Below are positions 37,153 to 56,512 of a stretch of 64,000 nucleotides of DNA, one piece after another. How positions within the stretch are numbered: the first letter of the stretch is position 1; each line of letters opens with the position of its first letter. The notes beneath the pieces were generated by a model. It searched no databases. It was not told the origin of the DNA and saw only the letters and a list, made by a program, of their open reading frames with translations. A program made the translations under genes and the position numbers. Source of the stretch: Eledone cirrhosa (taxonomy: Eukaryota); assembly GCA_964016885.1 (NCBI GenBank), contig OZ024741.1:105524001-105588000 (forward strand), given 5' to 3'.

Positions 37153-37794
37153 CAAAAGTAGAAACAATTATTTAGAAAGAATTTCCCTCAAAAGTTAAAA
37201 AAATGAAACACTTATGGCCAGTTAATATACTTTGAAATGGTGGGAGCAAAAATTGAAAAAAAAGTGAAAAAAAATTTAAACCTGGATTTTTAAAAACCCC
37301 TAACATTTTTATTATGAATTTTTTTATTTAAAAAATTGTCTTTGCAGAATCTATGAAGTTTTTTTTTCTTTTTTCAATCAGAAACTGCAGTGAGTATATA
37401 TATATATATATATTGAAACAGCATTTTAAATTTTCAGCAAGTGGAACAACTAATGCTTTGAAATGTAAGTGTATTTCTACACTAAAAGGTGTATTCATAC
37501 TCATCAAATACAAATAAAGTATATTTATGTAAATATTAAAAAAAAGACTAATTTAAAAATAGAAAATAATTTTTTTATATATAATTAAATTTTTGTTTTT
37601 GCAGATTCTGAATTTCTGATGTTTTTCACATAAAAATTTGAAAACTATGAAAAGAAAAGGTATAATAATAAAAAAAAATAATAATTTGAATGGGATCTTA
37701 ATGCAATCACTTGATCTGTTAAAAATCACAACCAAAATACACTAAACACATTTTAATAAAACCACATTTTAGTACCCCCCCCCCCCCCCCTCCC

Positions 37795-37935
37795 ATAGTA
37801 AAAGAGACTATATACTCACATGGCTATAGTAGACAGCATTATACACTCACATAGCTATAGTAGAAGAGACTATATACTCACATGTCTATAGTAGACGACA
37901 TTATACACTCACATAGCTATAGTAGAAGAGACTAT
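37795..37935. repeat. ~31-bp minisatellite
   Basis: tatactcacatagctatagtaga x4-5. Confidence 0.8.
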
Positions 37936-38339
37936 TGTTCACTTAGCAGAAGTGAACTCCATAACCACACAGCAATGCCTGCTCAACACAAGACACACAT
38001 CAACAAATTTAAAATACATCCTAATGATGTAACATCAATAGTTTAAATTGTGTCACATCATGTTGTTGAGATTCCAGTACTTCTTACTGACAAGTTACCC
38101 CCTCCCCAGACACAAGGAAAAAAAAAACAAAAACAGAACTTCTGACCATCCAGTTAGATTACAAAGATATTGAGGAAGAATATTGACAGAAGTCATTGGC
38201 TTTCTGCCACATGATAAGTGGCTTGCAAACGATGAAAATTGACTGGTCTTCTCCAGATAAATAATATTATATGTGTACATGATTGTTAAGTTTAGTTTCG
38301 TAACAGAAACTGAAGTGCTCTCCTTATATGAAATGAATT

Positions 38340-38565
38340 TAGCATCACCATCATCTTTATTGTTATCACCACCACCATCGCCATTACCATTATTACAATC
38401 GTTATCAGGATCACAATCATCATCACCACCACAACTAACATCTTTATTATCATCAACATTCTCCCCCACCCCACCACCACTATCATCGCTACCTCATCAT
38501 AACTGCCATCACCATTTCTCATCAACACCACTACCACAATCATCACAGTCATCATCATCATCACC
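38340..38565. repeat. Degenerate (ATC/ACC)n tract
   Basis: Direct reading. Confidence 0.8.
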
Positions 38566-38601
38566 TTACATATTAGTGATGGAATATATATATATATATA
38601 T

Positions 38602-38883
38602 AATAAAATAAAACAAGGAAGAGTGGTTAATTCTTCATTACATTTATTGGTTAGTGATGTGCGTTTCGCTATTGATCAGCTCATGGTTCGATCTGTATCG
38701 ATCTAGCCCGACTCTGTATTATACTACACTCTGTCTAGCTCTACACCTCGATACCGACATGAACCTAAACATTGAGTGCTCACCCAAGTAAACCTACAGT
38801 AACTCTGCGTTACATATATATATATATATATATCCAGGGAGTGTAACGCGGAGTTACTGTCAGTTCACTTGGGTGAGCACTCG
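38602..38883 (-). mobile_element. Penelope-like fold-back segment in (TA)n with partial hammerhead
   Basis: ~40-bp inverted repeat 38774-38813/38842-38882; minus strand atga-GCT gatcaat AGC-GAAA-cgcaca-tc. Confidence 0.5.
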
Positions 38884-38905
38884 ATATATATATATATGCG
38901 TGTGT

Positions 38906-39115
38906 GTGTGGCTGAGTGGTTAGAGAATTGGATTCGCAATCGTGAGGTTGTGAGTTCGATTCCCGGACAGGGCGATGCATTATGTCCTTGAGCAAGACAC
39001 TTTATTTCACATTGCTCCTTCTACCTGGAGTTGCAACCGATAGGTAGTATTAGCAATTGGAAAGACCAATGGAAACATTGTTTCCTTGGTCCGATTTGAC
39101 AAAAGTCAGTCGTGC
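38906..39115 (+). mobile_element. Family-2 tRNA-derived SINE
   Basis: A box tggctgagtgg, B box gagttcgattcc, gtccttgagcaagacac core; near-identical to 43859-44070. Confidence 0.9.
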
Positions 39116-39117
39116 AA

Positions 39118-39148
<31 letters not shown>

Positions 39149-39306
39149 TATAGTTGAAAAGGGAGGTAAAATTCCATACAAATAAAAAATTATAGGCAAA
39201 AAGTAAAAGTGAAAAAGCACAGGGGAAATTTAAAGATTATTTTTTCTTCAATTTAATAGAATAATTACTTTAATAATTGTTACATTAAATGGATTTAAAT
39301 TTTGTC

Positions 39307-39351
39307 AAAGATTACTGGTTTCAATTGGTATGTCAATCTTATCAAATATTT
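39307..39351 (-). ncRNA. Minimal type I hammerhead candidate, U3:A8 core, in a Penelope-like segment (39152-39600)
   Basis: AAATAT-TTGATAA-GATTG acatac CAATT-GAAA-C ca G-TA-ATCTTT. Confidence 0.5.
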
Positions 39352-40001
39352 AAAAAGTTTGTATGTTTAGAAAATGGCAAACAGAATTTTAAAATTCAAT
39401 TAGAAGATCTCCCTTAACTTTGACTAAATAAAATAGTATAATAATAACGGGGCAAATAAGCCCACTGAATAGAAAAAGATGAGTATATGGGGGTCAAAAC
39501 CACACCTCTTGTTTACCTTTTATGGCACCCATCTCCTTCCGTTATTTTTAAGAATTATAACTTAATAGTGATAGGTATACAAAGAAAGCTTGTATTTTTA
39601 TAAAAGAGTGATTGTAATTTGAAAATTGAATTAGACTTCACGAAAACAACACAATCAAGTGCAGTGTTCCAACAGAGACAAAAATGTGGAAGAAGCATCA
39701 CAACAAAAGTACTTTCAGAACAAACAGACACAATTAGCCCCTAAATAACAGAAGTGAATTTCATAAGAAGAGAGAACCAACGCTGAACTGTCAGAATGAT
39801 CTGAACACTTGGAAACACTTCTACACATATTCGGATGGGTAAAAGATTTGCGAAAATGCACAATAGAGTCTGATGAAGAATTTTACATCATAAAAGCACT
39901 AACCACTAACCATCAGCTAACCCTTACTAAGCCAGTAATAGTAGCTGTATACCTGCTCATGGTAAATATACTAATCCTAATAATAATTCAATCCTTAATC
40001 T

Positions 40002-40138
40002 GTGATGTACATGGAAGACAGCAGCTGCATAAAGAAATGCAGAGAAACCACAGTGGCTTGGATCCGTGGAAGAGGCAGACCCAGGAAGACATGGGATGAA
40101 GTTGTGAAAACTGACCTTCAAAAACTAAACCTCACAAC

Positions 40139-40140
<2 letters not shown>
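40002..40140 (+). mobile_element. RTE ORF 3' fragment
   Basis: [17 protein letters not shown]. Confidence 0.8.
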
Positions 40141-40166
<26 letters not shown>

Positions 40167-40172
<6 letters not shown>

Positions 40173-40775
40173 GACAAAATAAGATGCAGAGGTTACATAT
40201 ATCGTTTAATCATAATTATTTCCACGGTTCTCCATGCAATCAAGATGCATTTGCTGTTGTTATGAGAACGGTATCCTCAGATGATATCCAATATGTTTGA
40301 TATGTCGCTGGAAGGAAAAACACACGTCCTATTGCTTGTGTGCGCAGCAAATATATTAAACATATTGGATATCATCTGAGGATACCGTTCTCATAACAAC
40401 AGCAAATGCATCTTGATTGCATGGAGAACTGTGGAAATAATTATAATTGTTTCTACTTTTGGCACAAGGCCAGTGTATTACTGGTACTTTATTTTATCGA
40501 CCCCGTAAGGATGAAAGGCAAAGTTAACCTCGGTGGGATTTGAACTCAGACCGTAAAGGGACGTAACTATGCTGCAAAGCATGGCGTCCGACCCTCTACC
40601 GATACTGCCAATCCACCGCCCCGTGGAAATAATTATAATGATTAAACGATATATGTAACCTCAGCATCTTATTTTGTCATTTTTATAAAATTCTCCATCG
40701 TAACTAAAAACTACGATTGTTGAGAGCTTTTCCCTGCTTACTCCTGTTTTTACCAAAACAATCTCTTCTGAACAT
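40167..40775. mobile_element. Fold-back element in (TA)n with ~130-bp inverted arms; right arm interrupted by a SINE
   Basis: 40167-40298 is the reverse complement of 40358-40447 plus 40640-40682. Confidence 0.85.
40448..40621 (-). mobile_element. Family-1 SINE with 17-bp TSD
   Basis: TSD gtggaaataattataat. Confidence 0.93.
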
Positions 40776-40824
40776 ATATATATATGTATGTAGATAGATA
40801 GATAGATAGATATACATACATATA

Positions 40825-41505
40825 TAGTAATATACGTGAACTTAGTGAGAAATTAGAAATAAGAGGGGTCAGATGCTGTTTACTCAAGAGAAAACTGCGT
40901 TGGTATGGTCACGTGATGTGCATGAAAGACGACAGCTGTATAAAAAAGTGCAGGGCAATCAAAATTGATGGAAGTTACGGAGTAGGTAGACCCAGAAAAA
41001 CCTGGGACTGATTTGATAAATTCTGACCTTAGACACTTGCACCTCTCTAAAACAGTAATACAGAAGACCCGCCTTGCCTATGTACAAAGTGAAACCTACA
41101 GTCGGTAGGCACCTCTTAACCAAATATACACCCCATCCCACTACCCCTACTCCACTCTCTCTCCCCACCAACACCACCCTTTCTCTGTAAAATTATGTTG
41201 GTACCACAACATCCAGTCCAAACTAATGAGAAAATGAGATCGAGATCGAAATCGTGTAGGTGTCACGACAAAAAAACACAGTCCACGCTGTAATGTGGCC
41301 ATGTAGGTAACACGGTAAAAAGTTCCCAGGCCACACTGTAAATGTGGTTGGTGTTAGGAAGGGCATCCAGCCGTAGAAAATCTGCCAGATAGTCCTATAT
41401 GAGCGAGACATGGTCACCCGACTAATCTTGCCTCAAGTGGGACAACGCCAGTCTAACACATGCTAGCATGGAAGATAGACGTAAAACGATTATGATGATG
41501 ATGAT
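40825..41505 (+). mobile_element. RTE 3' fragment with long 3' UTR and (GAT)n tail
   Basis: Inverted homolog of 45825-46510. Confidence 0.88.
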
Positions 41506-41828
41506 ACGTACATAGGTATATATATATATATATATACATACACACACACATACATATACATGCATATATATATATGAGCTGGTTAAACTGGTTTTCAAAA
41601 GAAGCTAGGAGCTCATTCCTCTATAGTTGGTATATAATTTTGTATGATTGATTTTTGTATGAAGCAGTGTGTATCATATTGATAGATTGATAGATTGTAG
41701 CAGCTACTCTAAAAATATAGTGGATAGGAGATATGGGTAGGAGTTGTGGTGGCTGTAACTAAAGTTTAGTAATAAAAGATTAGCTGGATGGTGGTGTTTG
41801 TGTTAATATAAGGTTAGGATTAATAATG

Positions 41829-42030
41829 TGAAGCTGCATGGCCTACTGGTTAGGTTGTTGGTCTCACAACTGTAAGGATGTTGGTTTGATTCTTAGACTG
41901 TGCAATGTGTTATGTCCTCATTTGATGAGGCTCCAACTCATCTAAAAAAACATGAATGCCAGCAGCTGTGACAGGTTTGTGTTTATGTTGTATCGAGTAA
42001 GATACTTTATTTCACATTTTACACTGCTCC
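41829..42030 (+). mobile_element. Diverged family-2 SINE
   Basis: gaagctgcatggcc...tatgtcct...actttatttcaca. Confidence 0.5.
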
Positions 42031-42469
42031 ATGACTACCAGTAATATCTGGGGATTGATCCAATAATGAACACCAATGAAACCAGGATAAGCTCTCGGTT
42101 TGAGATGGATATCACATGTGTGTGTGTGTGTGTGAGTATTGGAAAAGAGTCAAGACCCTGACGGCTGAGCTCCGGCCGTTTCGACATCTATATCTATATA
42201 TAGATATAGTCGAAGAAATTTGAAAGTGTTGGAATCCCAAACACAGAGAATAAATGTCACAACAGTCAACTGATATAAATAATAGCTTAGAAAATAGGGT
42301 AAAATACCTCTGCAAATGGACAAAAAAGTGACCAGCAGCAGCTACAGAGAAAAGAACTCTGTATCACTCAAATACTGTTGAGAAATAAACTCCACATCTC
42401 TTGAATACCATTGAGAGATATGGAGTTCAATTCTCCATAGTGGCTGCTGTCCACCTTTTAAACCAACAG

Positions 42470-42670
42470 TCTCAGAAACTGTCAACCAAACTGAGCTAGT
42501 GACATCTCAGTTGTGAGTCATCAGTACTAGATATAGTCAACCAAACCAAACTAGTGACATCTCACTTGTGAGTCATCAGTACCAGATACTGTCAACTAAA
42601 CCGAGCTAGTGACATCTCACTTGTGAGTCATCAATCTCAGAAACTATCAACTAAACTGAGCTAGAGATGA
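42470..42670. repeat. ~55-bp minisatellite
   Basis: ctagtgacatctcacttgtgagtcatca x3. Confidence 0.85.
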
Positions 42671-42862
42671 CCTACCTCTGTTGTAAACCAACAGTATTAC
42701 TAACCAAACTAAATTAGTGTTAATACAATTTCTCTCTTGAGTTACCAACATTTAAAAAATGCCACAAGTAGAAAGTGGCAGTTTTTAATTTCTTTTCTAG
42801 TTCCTCTTTGTCTTCTAATTATTATTACTATTATCACTACTACTAGTGTTATTAATATTAAT

Positions 42863-43080
42863 AGGGCAGCGGATTGATAGTATTGGTAGAACGTCGGACA
42901 TGTTTTGAGACATGTAGTTACATCCCTTTACATTCTGAGTTTAAATCCTGCTGAGGTTAACTTTGCCTTTCATCCCTACGGGGTCGATAAAATAATGTAC
43001 TAGTAAGGCACTGGGGTCGATTTAATCGACTTTCCTCTCCCCCAAAAAGTTGGCTTTGTGCCTAAATCAGAAACCATTAC
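42863..43080 (+). mobile_element. Family-1 SINE (longer 3' variant)
   Basis: gggcagcggattg...ggggtcgataaaat...gtgcctaaatcagaaacc. Confidence 0.85.
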
Positions 43081-43422
43081 TACTACTACCACTACTACTA
43101 CTACTAGTATTACTACTGCTGTAATTATCATTATCGTTGTTGTATACAAGTGAGTCATATCTGATTGCAGACTGTAAGATGTTTGTCCATCTGCTGCCTA
43201 TCAAGAGAGAGTCAGACAAACAGACACATGTTGCAGGGCTAAATATACGACACTGCCAGCAGCAAGATGCTAAATCAGGTGTAATGTTTCATCTTCTTTT
43301 TAATTGCACTGAAGAAATAAACGAGCAAAGGCTGAGTCATAAAAGGCAACACATCATTAATACAAAAACAGTTTGTGTAAAACAATATTTCGCATTGTTA
43401 ACTACTATTTGAACAATCAAAG

Positions 43423-43565
43423 GAGGCAAATTGGTGGAATAGTTAAAGTGCTTGGTTATATGCTTCAATATTTATTTTGGTTCTCTGAACTGTTGTGGGT
43501 TCAAATCTTGCTGAGGTCAACTTTGTCTTTCATCCTTTCAGGGTCAATAAATAAAGTACCAGTCA
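43423..43565 (+). mobile_element. Diverged family-1 SINE
   Basis: gggttcaaatc...gaggtcaactttgtctttcatcct. Confidence 0.7.
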
Positions 43566-43749
43566 AGGGAGGTGGATGAGTAGAATTACTAAAGAACAAG
43601 GTGTTTTGTGATATCTGATCCAGCTTTGAGAATTCTTAGTTCAAATCCCATCTCCTTCTGCTAGGAGTTGTAACTGACAGATAGTATCAGCAATGAAAGA
43701 TATTGTTTCCTTTGTCTAATCTGCTGATCAGCTCCTTTCTATCTTTTTC

Positions 43750-44183
43750 ACTACTATATTTCACAGGTGTTCATTGCTATATTTTACAGTTGTTTACTGC
43801 TATATTTCAGTTATTCATAGTTGTTCACTGCTTTATTTTACAGTTGTTCACTGCTATGAAGACGTGTGGCTGAGTGGTTAGAGAATTGGATTCGCAATCG
43901 TAAGGTTGTGAGTTTGATTCCTGGACCAGGCGATGCGTTATGTCCTTGAGCAAGACATTTTATTTCACGTTGCTCCTTCTACCTGGAGTTGCGACCGATA
44001 GATAGTATTAGCAATTGGAAAGACCAACGGAAACATTGTTCCCGCGGTCCGATTTGACGAAAGTCGATCGTCTTTCTTCACTGCTATGTTGCACTGCTGT
44101 TCACTGGTATATTTCACAATTGTTCACTGTTAAAATTTTATAGTTGTTCATGACTATATTTCACAGTTTTCACTGTTATATTT
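43750..44183. repeat. ~23-bp minisatellite (tatatttcacagttgttcactgc) interrupted by a SINE
   Basis: Units on both sides of 43859-44075. Confidence 0.8.
43859..44075 (+). mobile_element. Family-2 SINE with TSD
   Basis: TSD ttcactgctatg on both sides. Confidence 0.9.
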
Positions 44184-45208
44184 GCCAACATTGAAAGAAA
44201 TATTTATTTCTTGTAATGAACAACTGATAAAAAATTCTTTATGAAGAAGAAGAAAAAAACCTTATAAGATGCTCTGAAATATTTATTGAAAACAGCTGAT
44301 ACTCAAAACCAAGGAGAAAATAGAACCATCTTTAGCAGATATTTTTTTCTCATTTTTTTCAATAGACTGGAGCGAATAGAAAAATATTTTGAAGATAAAG
44401 TTAAAGACAACCCCATTCCTGACTTGGATCAATCATATATTTGCCAAAATGTTGGAACGGCATCAAAGGGAATATCCTGTTAAATGGAATTTGGTGAAAA
44501 AAATATTGTCTGCAGATGAAATTAATGTAGCACAGCTGTTTTTTTTTTATTTTTTATTCTCAAGTTGTTACCAAGAAGTACAGATGCCATCAATAGATGC
44601 AGGAATGTATAGTGAGTAGAACAAAACCTTATCTAAGAAAAGTTCTTCAAATCAAACTATAATTATTTTATATTATTTTTTCAGGAAACTGTTTCTATAA
44701 GATAATCAAATCACATGGATCTATTTTCATTTTAGTTCTGAGGTCATCACAAACAAAACAGTCTAGATTGGTTGAGCGACTAGAGGAAAAAATTCAATAT
44801 TTTTTTCATTAGACTGGACGAGATGAAAGCCTTATACTGATTCCTTGACACTAATAAAGTATATTGGAATACTGCAAGATGGAGGTAGATATGATCCCTT
44901 GAAGAAACCAGTATATGCAGCAGATGAGATAGATAACTTCTTTGAAGAAAATATAGTATTTATTATACTTCATTGTTGCTGCTACCTAGGTGATCTAATT
45001 AGTGTTGGAGGCAGCAGTAGAAAAGAAAGGGTGTTTATTGTATGAGGCATTGATCCACTGTATATTTAATGTTATACAACATGAGAGACAGAACATATGT
45101 GAGCTAACACAGCAGTAGATCAGTAAAGACATCAGTTGATGTATGCTTTATACACAAAATATACACATGAATACAGAATCAGCTCGGTGTTTTATATACA
45201 TTTTTTTA

Positions 45209-45279
<71 letters not shown>

Positions 45280-45439
45280 GTATAATGTCTGATTTCCCTG
45301 CTAGCTAAGTTTGGACATGTTAAGGTTTGGTAAAGAAACCCAATATTATATACTGCATCTGTAAAATAATTGCTTATGTTCTGGTGTATATATACTGATG
45401 TATATAAACCAGAGTTTATATATATATATACATAAGATA

Positions 45440-45726
45440 ATAAATGAGATAATGAGATCGAGATCGTGTAGGTCTCACGAGAAAAAAACACACAGTCCAG
45501 GCTGTAATGTGGCCGTGTAGGTAACACGGTAAAAAGTTCGCAGTTCCACACTGTAAATGTGGTTGGTGTTAGGAAGGGCATCCAGTCGTAGAAAACCTGC
45601 CAGATAGTCCTATATGAGCGAGACACGGTCACCCGACCAACCTTGCCTCAAGTGGGACAACTCCCATCTAATCCATGCTAGCGTGGAAAATGGACGTTAA
45701 ACGAAGATGATGATGATGATGATGAT
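45440..45726 (+). mobile_element. RTE 3' UTR fragment, (GAT)n tail running into (TA)n
   Basis: Homologous to 41225-41505. Confidence 0.88.
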
Positions 45727-45824
45727 ATATATATATATACAATATAGAGAGGAAAAAACACAGGAGAATGTGTTTTCATTTACAGGGATAAACAGGAGTC
45801 CTTTACTCCGTTGCTTTACTTTAT

Positions 45825-46976
45825 ATCATCATCATCATCATCGTTTAACGTCCATCTTCCACGCTTGCATGGGTTTGGACGGGAGTTTTCCCACTTGAGG
45901 CAAGAGTGGTTGTCTTGCTCGCATAGGACTGTCTGGCGGGTTTTCTACGGCTGGATGCCCTTCCTAACACCAACCACGTTTACAGTTGTGACTGGGAGGT
46001 TTTTACCGTGTTACCTACACGGCCATATTACAGCGTGGACTGTGTGTTTTTGTCGTGACACCTACACGACCTCATTTGTTTCGGACTGGATGTTGTGGTA
46101 CCAACATAACTTTACATTGAAAGGGGTGGTGTGGATGGGGTGGGGGTAGTGGGACGGCGGTGTATTTTTGTTAGAGGTGCCTACTGACTGTAGTAGGTTT
46201 CACTTTGTACTTAGGTAAGGCGGGTCTTCTGTATTACTGTGTAGCGCCAAAGATCTCGGTCCAGTGACATTGTCTTGGAGAGGTGTAAGTGTGTGAGGTC
46301 AGAATTTATCAAGTCGTCCCAGGTTTTTCTAGGTCTGCCTATTCCGTGACTACCGTCTATTTTTATTGCCCTGCACTTTTTTATACAGCTGTCGTCTTTC
46401 ATGCGCATCACATGACCATACCAACGTAGTCTTCTCTCGAGTAAACAACATCTGATCCCTCTTATTTCTAATTTTTCCCTTAGTTTGTTTATGCTTTGCC
46501 GTTCACGTATATTACTATTACACATCCAACGGAGCATGCAAGCTTCGTTCCTCTCCAGTCTGCATATATCCTCTGCACACAATGCCCAGGTCTCATTGCC
46601 ATGTAACATTGCTGTTCGTATGCAGGCATCATACAGCCTGCCTTTCATTTTTAGAGAGAACTCTTTAGCAGCTAATAGTGGTATAAGCTCTCTGAACTTT
46701 TTCCATCCAGTTCTGATTCTAGCTACTGTACTTTCAGAGCACCCTCCACCACTGCTGATTTTGTCCCCCAAGTAACAGAAGGTGTCCACTATTTCTCTAG
46801 AACCATCTGTGCAATGGAATGAGCTAGTATTCTGTGGGCACTTGCTGCTACTTATTGCACCAGAGCACCGGCCACATATAAAATCTATATTCTTAGTTAG
46901 CTTACCTGTGATCCCACTACATCTTTTATGCACCCATACTTTGCATTTGGGACATAAAATGGGGTTTCTGCCTACT
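45825..46976 (-). mobile_element. 5'-truncated RTE: open ORF 46976-46211, ~385-bp 3' UTR, (GAT)n tail
   Basis: [41 protein letters not shown]; 5' junction in (TA)n. Confidence 0.93.
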
Positions 46977-48450
<1,474 letters not shown>

Positions 48451-48453
<3 letters not shown>

Positions 48454-51084
48454 ATCATCATCATCATCATCATTTTACGTCCGCTTTTCCCTGCTTGCAA
48501 GGGTGGGACGGGTCTTATTCAGCACAGCATCTCTCCACTCGTCACGGTCCCTCGTCATCTCCACCGTGAGCTTCAATGATCTGAGGTCTGTTCTCACCAC
48601 CTCCGCCCATGTTTTTCGTGGTCTACCTCTACCACGTCTTCCTTCAACTGGCATTTCCTGGCACTTCTTCACCCATCGGTCATCCTCCATGCGCATCACA
48701 TGTCCATACCACCTCAGTCTCCTCTCCCGTACACTACATTCTATCCCTCTCAGACACAGTTTCTCTCTCAACACATTTATGCTGGGTCGTTCACGCACAT
48801 TTACACTGCACATCCAACGGAGCATGCTTGCCTCATTTCTCTCCAGCCGTCGCATATCTTCTGCGGTAGCTGCCCATGTCTCACTACCATGCAGCATCGC
48901 GCTCCTCACACAGGCATCATACAACCGGCCTTTCGTACGCAGGGAGAAACCCTTCTTCGTCAACAGAGGAAGCAGCTCCCTAAACTTCTTCCAACCCGTC
49001 CTTATTCTAGATACTATGGCCTCGGAACACCCTCCTCCCATGCTAATCTGATCTCCTAGGTACCGGAAGCTATCCACCACTTCTATAGCGCCCTCTCGCA
49101 TTTGAAAAATGTGTCTATCAGTGCGACTTCTACTGTCTAATTTCCCTGTACATCTACTGCATACATATTTCTCCCTACCTGTTAGTTTGCCTGCTATCCC
49201 GCTACATCTCTTGTGTACCCAGGACCTACATTGTGTGCATTTTATAGAATTTATGCCAGTTCCTTTTCTGCATATCGAACATGGCCATTTCCCTGACGGA
49301 ATCAGGGTTTTGTCCTCTTTTCTACTCATCAACACTTTTGTCTTAGCTAGATTTACTCTCAGTCCTCTTGCTTCCAACTGCTGTTTCCATAGCCGGAATT
49401 TATTCTCTAGCTCCTCTACTGATTCTGCCATAAGAGCCAGATCGTCAGCATAGAGAAGTTCCCATGGACAGCCAGTCTTAAACTCCTCTGTTATGGCTTG
49501 GAGGACTATAATGAACAAGAGCGGGCTGAGGACCGAACCCTGATGTACTCCTACTTGTATCTGGAATTCCTCACTAAACTCCATTCCTACCCTGACTTTA
49601 CTGAGAGTACCTCTGTACAAAGTTTGCACTGTCCTTACAAGCCATTCCTCAACACCCAGCTTCCTTAGGGACCACCAGATGACAGATCGGGGTACCCTAT
49701 CAAAGGCCTTCTCTAGGTCAACAAAGGCTAAGTATAGTGGCTTATTCTTCTCTAAGAACCTCTCTTGCATTTGTCTCACCAAGAAGAGGGCGTCTGTTGT
49801 ACTCTTCCCAGGCACAAAACCAAACTGCATCTCATCTAGTTTGACCCTTTCTCTAATTAGTTGTGCTAGAATCCTTTCTGCCACTTTCATAACCTGATCT
49901 ATCAGTTTTATACCCCTATAATTGCTCCTCTCCAAAGCATCCCCTTTACCTTTGTAGCAATTTATGAGAATACTGCTGCACCAGTCTTTGGGTATGACAC
50001 CACCATATATAGCCTGATTGATTATGCGTGCAACCAGTTTAGTGCCTACGTCCCCTGATGCCTTCAGCATCTCAGCAACTATTCCCGATGGTCCGGCCGC
50101 CTTACCATTTTTCATTTCCCTAATCGCCTCTTGGACCCTATATTCGTCAATCTCAATAGCTGGTCCCTCTGTCGGATCTACCAAGGGTAATTTCTCTCTC
50201 TCCCATTCGTTCTCCACATTCATCAGTCTCTCATAATGACATTTCCAGGCCTCCTTTTTCTGGTCATTCGTGACACTAAGTACACCGGCATCATCCCGGA
50301 CACATTTATCACCAACAACATCCTGATTTGCATTGACACACTGCCGTCGCAGAACATTGGCAAACCTCCTACTCTCTGCCTCCCTGCGTGCTAAGTACAC
50401 CTGACGTCTAGCTTCTCTCTTAGTGGCTGTATATTCTTCCCTACTCCCACCCTTATTCCAAGCCTTCCATGCTAGTCTTTTGTCTCTAATAGCCTTATCT
50501 ACACTGCTGTTCCACCACCAGGTCACTCTCTGTCTGGTTGGAGCTCTGCTCCAGCCACAGGTTTCATCAGTAGCCTTCAGCAAGTTGTCACGTAAGAACT
50601 TCCAGTTATTATCTATGTCATACGTCTCTAAATCGTCTTCTTTTTCGTCATATACATCTTGAAGGGCTTTCCTAAATTTGAATTTTAGTGAAAGGTCTTT
50701 TAGCTTCCAGACCTTTCTTCTCCACACCTTCCTATATGTCTCATTCCATCTCTTGCTTACTGAGATATCACTAACAACTAACCTATGCTGTGGGGTACAT
50801 TCTTCCCCAGGGTATGCCTTGGTATTAGACACTATCTGCCTGTCCCGCTGCCTAACTAGCAGGAAGTCAATCTGGCTTATGTGCTCACCAGATTTGTAGG
50901 TTATTAGGTGATTGGCAGGTTTCTGGAAGTTTGTGTTGCAAATAGTCAATGTACTTGCATCACAAAATTCAAGAAGTCTCACTCCTTCTTCATTTCTTGA
51001 ACCGTAACCGTGCCCACCATGTACCCCAGTGTAACCATCCTGAGCTGTCCAACATGACCATTGAAGTCTCCTGCTAGCATAACG
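48451..51084 (-). mobile_element. Young 5'-truncated RTE LINE: partial APE, RT with embedded PHD-type finger, stop 48475, (GAT)n tail
   Basis: [48 protein letters not shown]4HC3 finger, FRYLG; open for ~850 codons with one frameshift near 51045. Confidence 0.96.

Positions 51085-56512
<5,428 letters not shown>

Noticed and set aside
38095-38611. D/N/G-rich, S/P-rich and poly-L ORFs (also 62838-63119)
   Set aside because: Trinucleotide low-complexity translations.
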